Under the pieces are notes generated by a model. That model made no database searches, was not told where the DNA came from, and worked only from the letters and a program-made list of their open reading frames with translations. From an uncultured Methanoregulaceae archaeon (GTDB lineage: Archaea > Halobacteriota > Methanomicrobia > Methanomicrobiales > Methanospirillaceae): DNA of 64,000 bases. Location of the stretch: assembly GCA_963705255.1 (NCBI GenBank), contig OY970061.1, forward strand, positions 1,152,001 through 1,216,000, written 5' to 3'. Positions 62,662 to 64,000 of the stretch are shown here, one piece after another (within the stretch, counting starts at the first letter, position 1; every line of letters starts with the position of its first letter). Position numbers and translations under genes: made by a program.

Positions 62662-63500
62662 ATGAAAATTTGTCCCAAATGTAATTTCGAAAACTTTCAA
62701 CGTCAAGATTTCTGCGAGCGGTGCAATTGTGATATTGTAACAATCAAAAAAGAATCATTTCACATCGACCAATTCATTGCGAATAACGCTAACTCATATA
62801 CCGTAATAAGTGTTTTAATCGCGTTGGCAGCGTTTCTGTATGATCCTTCTTTCTTCAACCAATCAGTATCATCGGTTCTTTCTAGTCAATTTTCTACAAT
62901 TATTGTAGTACCACTCGCCTTCTCAGTATATCTTTTAGCCAAATTAATTGTTAAAGGGTGGAGATATCTCAATTTAAATGAAACAGAAGTATCACCGGAT
63001 TTAATTCGAGTTTACATTTTTACTGTAATTCAACTAATGTTTATTTTAGGTCTTTTGTTCATCATCGATAAAACAAATAATATGGGAGGATTTTCTATTC
63101 TAGTAGGACTTGTCGTAGTTCCTGAATTTTTATCTGAAAGCCAGAAAAAAACGTTAAATGCAAAAATAATATTACTATCAGCCTTATTTTCTCTAATTTT
63201 AGGGTTGTTCCTATTACTTTCCATATCTTGGATTTATTCAATTGTCCATTGGGATGCGTTATTTGTCTTTTTGTTTACTTATGGAATTTTTATTTGCTTT
63301 TTAAGCGTCGGAGAAATGATGGGAGCATCTGTTTATTTCATTTCGGAAGGATATATCAAAGATACTGAAACCAAAGATGCATTAACAAAATTAAGAGAGC
63401 GTCTTACTTTTGGCGTCCCTCTCCTCATTGTGGGGCTTAGTTGCATGGCTACAATGTCCTCGGTTTTCTTTGCGCTTTTCACCCGGGCACTTTTTCTCAT
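62662..63500 (+). CDS. AT-rich multi-pass membrane protein with N-terminal zinc ribbon; 3' end uncertain
   Basis: CPKC..FCERC then about 6-7 hydrophobic segments; ORF reads through into GC-rich antisense DNA to 63858. Confidence 0.6.
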
Positions 63501-63504
63501 TCCA

Positions 63505-63819
63505 CTACCCAAGGTCGGGCAGACACCTGTCACCCATCGCCGGAGCCTCACCCCCGGAGGCAGCGGGGCCGGACCTGCCCCTGCCGGTGCGATCCCCGTA
63601 TGCCTCGGGTGCCCCCGTCCCGAACGTCCGCCGTGCGATATCAAGCAGGCAGAAGAATGCCGCGGCTTCGACCGGGTCACTGAACAGTGCCAGTTCTGCA
63701 TCCGTCCGTTTCTCAAGGATATCCGTGAGATACTTCCCGTATTCCTTCTCATGGATCTTCAGCGCCCGGGTGGTCTTCTTCCACCTTCGGATGACCCCGT
63801 CCAGTTCCATAGTCCGCAT
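63505..63819 (-). CDS. Conserved hypothetical helical protein
   Basis: RWKKTTRALKIHEKEYGKYL..FSDPVEAAAFFCLLDI; host-like GC. Confidence 0.55.
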   Translation of the reverse strand: MRTMELDGVIRRWKKTTRALKIHEKEYGKYLTDILEKRTDAELALFSDPVEAAAFFCLLDIARRTFGTGAPEAYGDRTGRGRSGPAASGGEAPAMGDRCLPDLG

Positions 63820-64000
63820 ACTGTCACCGTACACCCGTGGGCCGGTGCAGGGGGATAAGGATCGGGCAGGCAGGGGGTGAAAGTGCAAGGCCGGGGGTGC
63901 CGGCCTTCAGCGGTGGGAGGTATTGCCACCAAAAAATCCCTGAAAAAATATGTCGTGAGCCGGGGTGATCTGCCCTGCCGGCCGGACCGTCACCGCCCGT

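Noticed and set aside
63500-63858. C-terminal Cys/Pro-rich domain of the 398-aa membrane ORF
   Set aside because: Read-through across the AT/GC junction, antisense to a plausible host gene

Overview
Archaeal chromosomal window, most likely a Methanomicrobiales methanogen (Methanoregula-like, inferred from gene content and order). The backbone is GC-rich with three AT-rich patches (about 20.3-22.6 kb, 39.6-40.2 kb and 61.0-63.4 kb). The conserved euryarchaeal translation superoperon (rps19e...rpl18a | pfdA-ftsY-srp54-trmY-pus10-rpl21e-rpo4-DUF655-rsmA) is split by about 16 kb of accessory DNA. That insert carries a homospermidine synthase/decarboxylase operon, a complete NHEJ operon (PolDom, Ku, LIG-PE fusion), histidine kinases, vapBC, ORB-like G-string repeats and an AT-rich two-gene cassette (unknown protein plus PD-(D/E)xK-wHTH nuclease) that may be a new defence system. 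The right half holds housekeeping genes (purN, xseAB, cobQ, SUI1, hisI) and a TrmB/ABC-exporter cassette bracketed by MITE-like elements. It also holds a type IV pilus locus wired to three Roadblock-domain proteins, DUF2226/PATAN-like proteins, MinD, REC-PAS and V4R proteins, followed by a stand-alone TIR-domain gene. Intergenic DNA is full of short hairpins with a shared grammar (TC-stem-TGAY-stem-TC) that insert as modules into a larger repeat. About 15 genes, including essential srp54, carry small indels that are best explained as long-read errors, several at AGCT/GTAC sites. No tRNA, rRNA or CRISPR array was found. All calls are by-eye motif recognition; no database searches were run.
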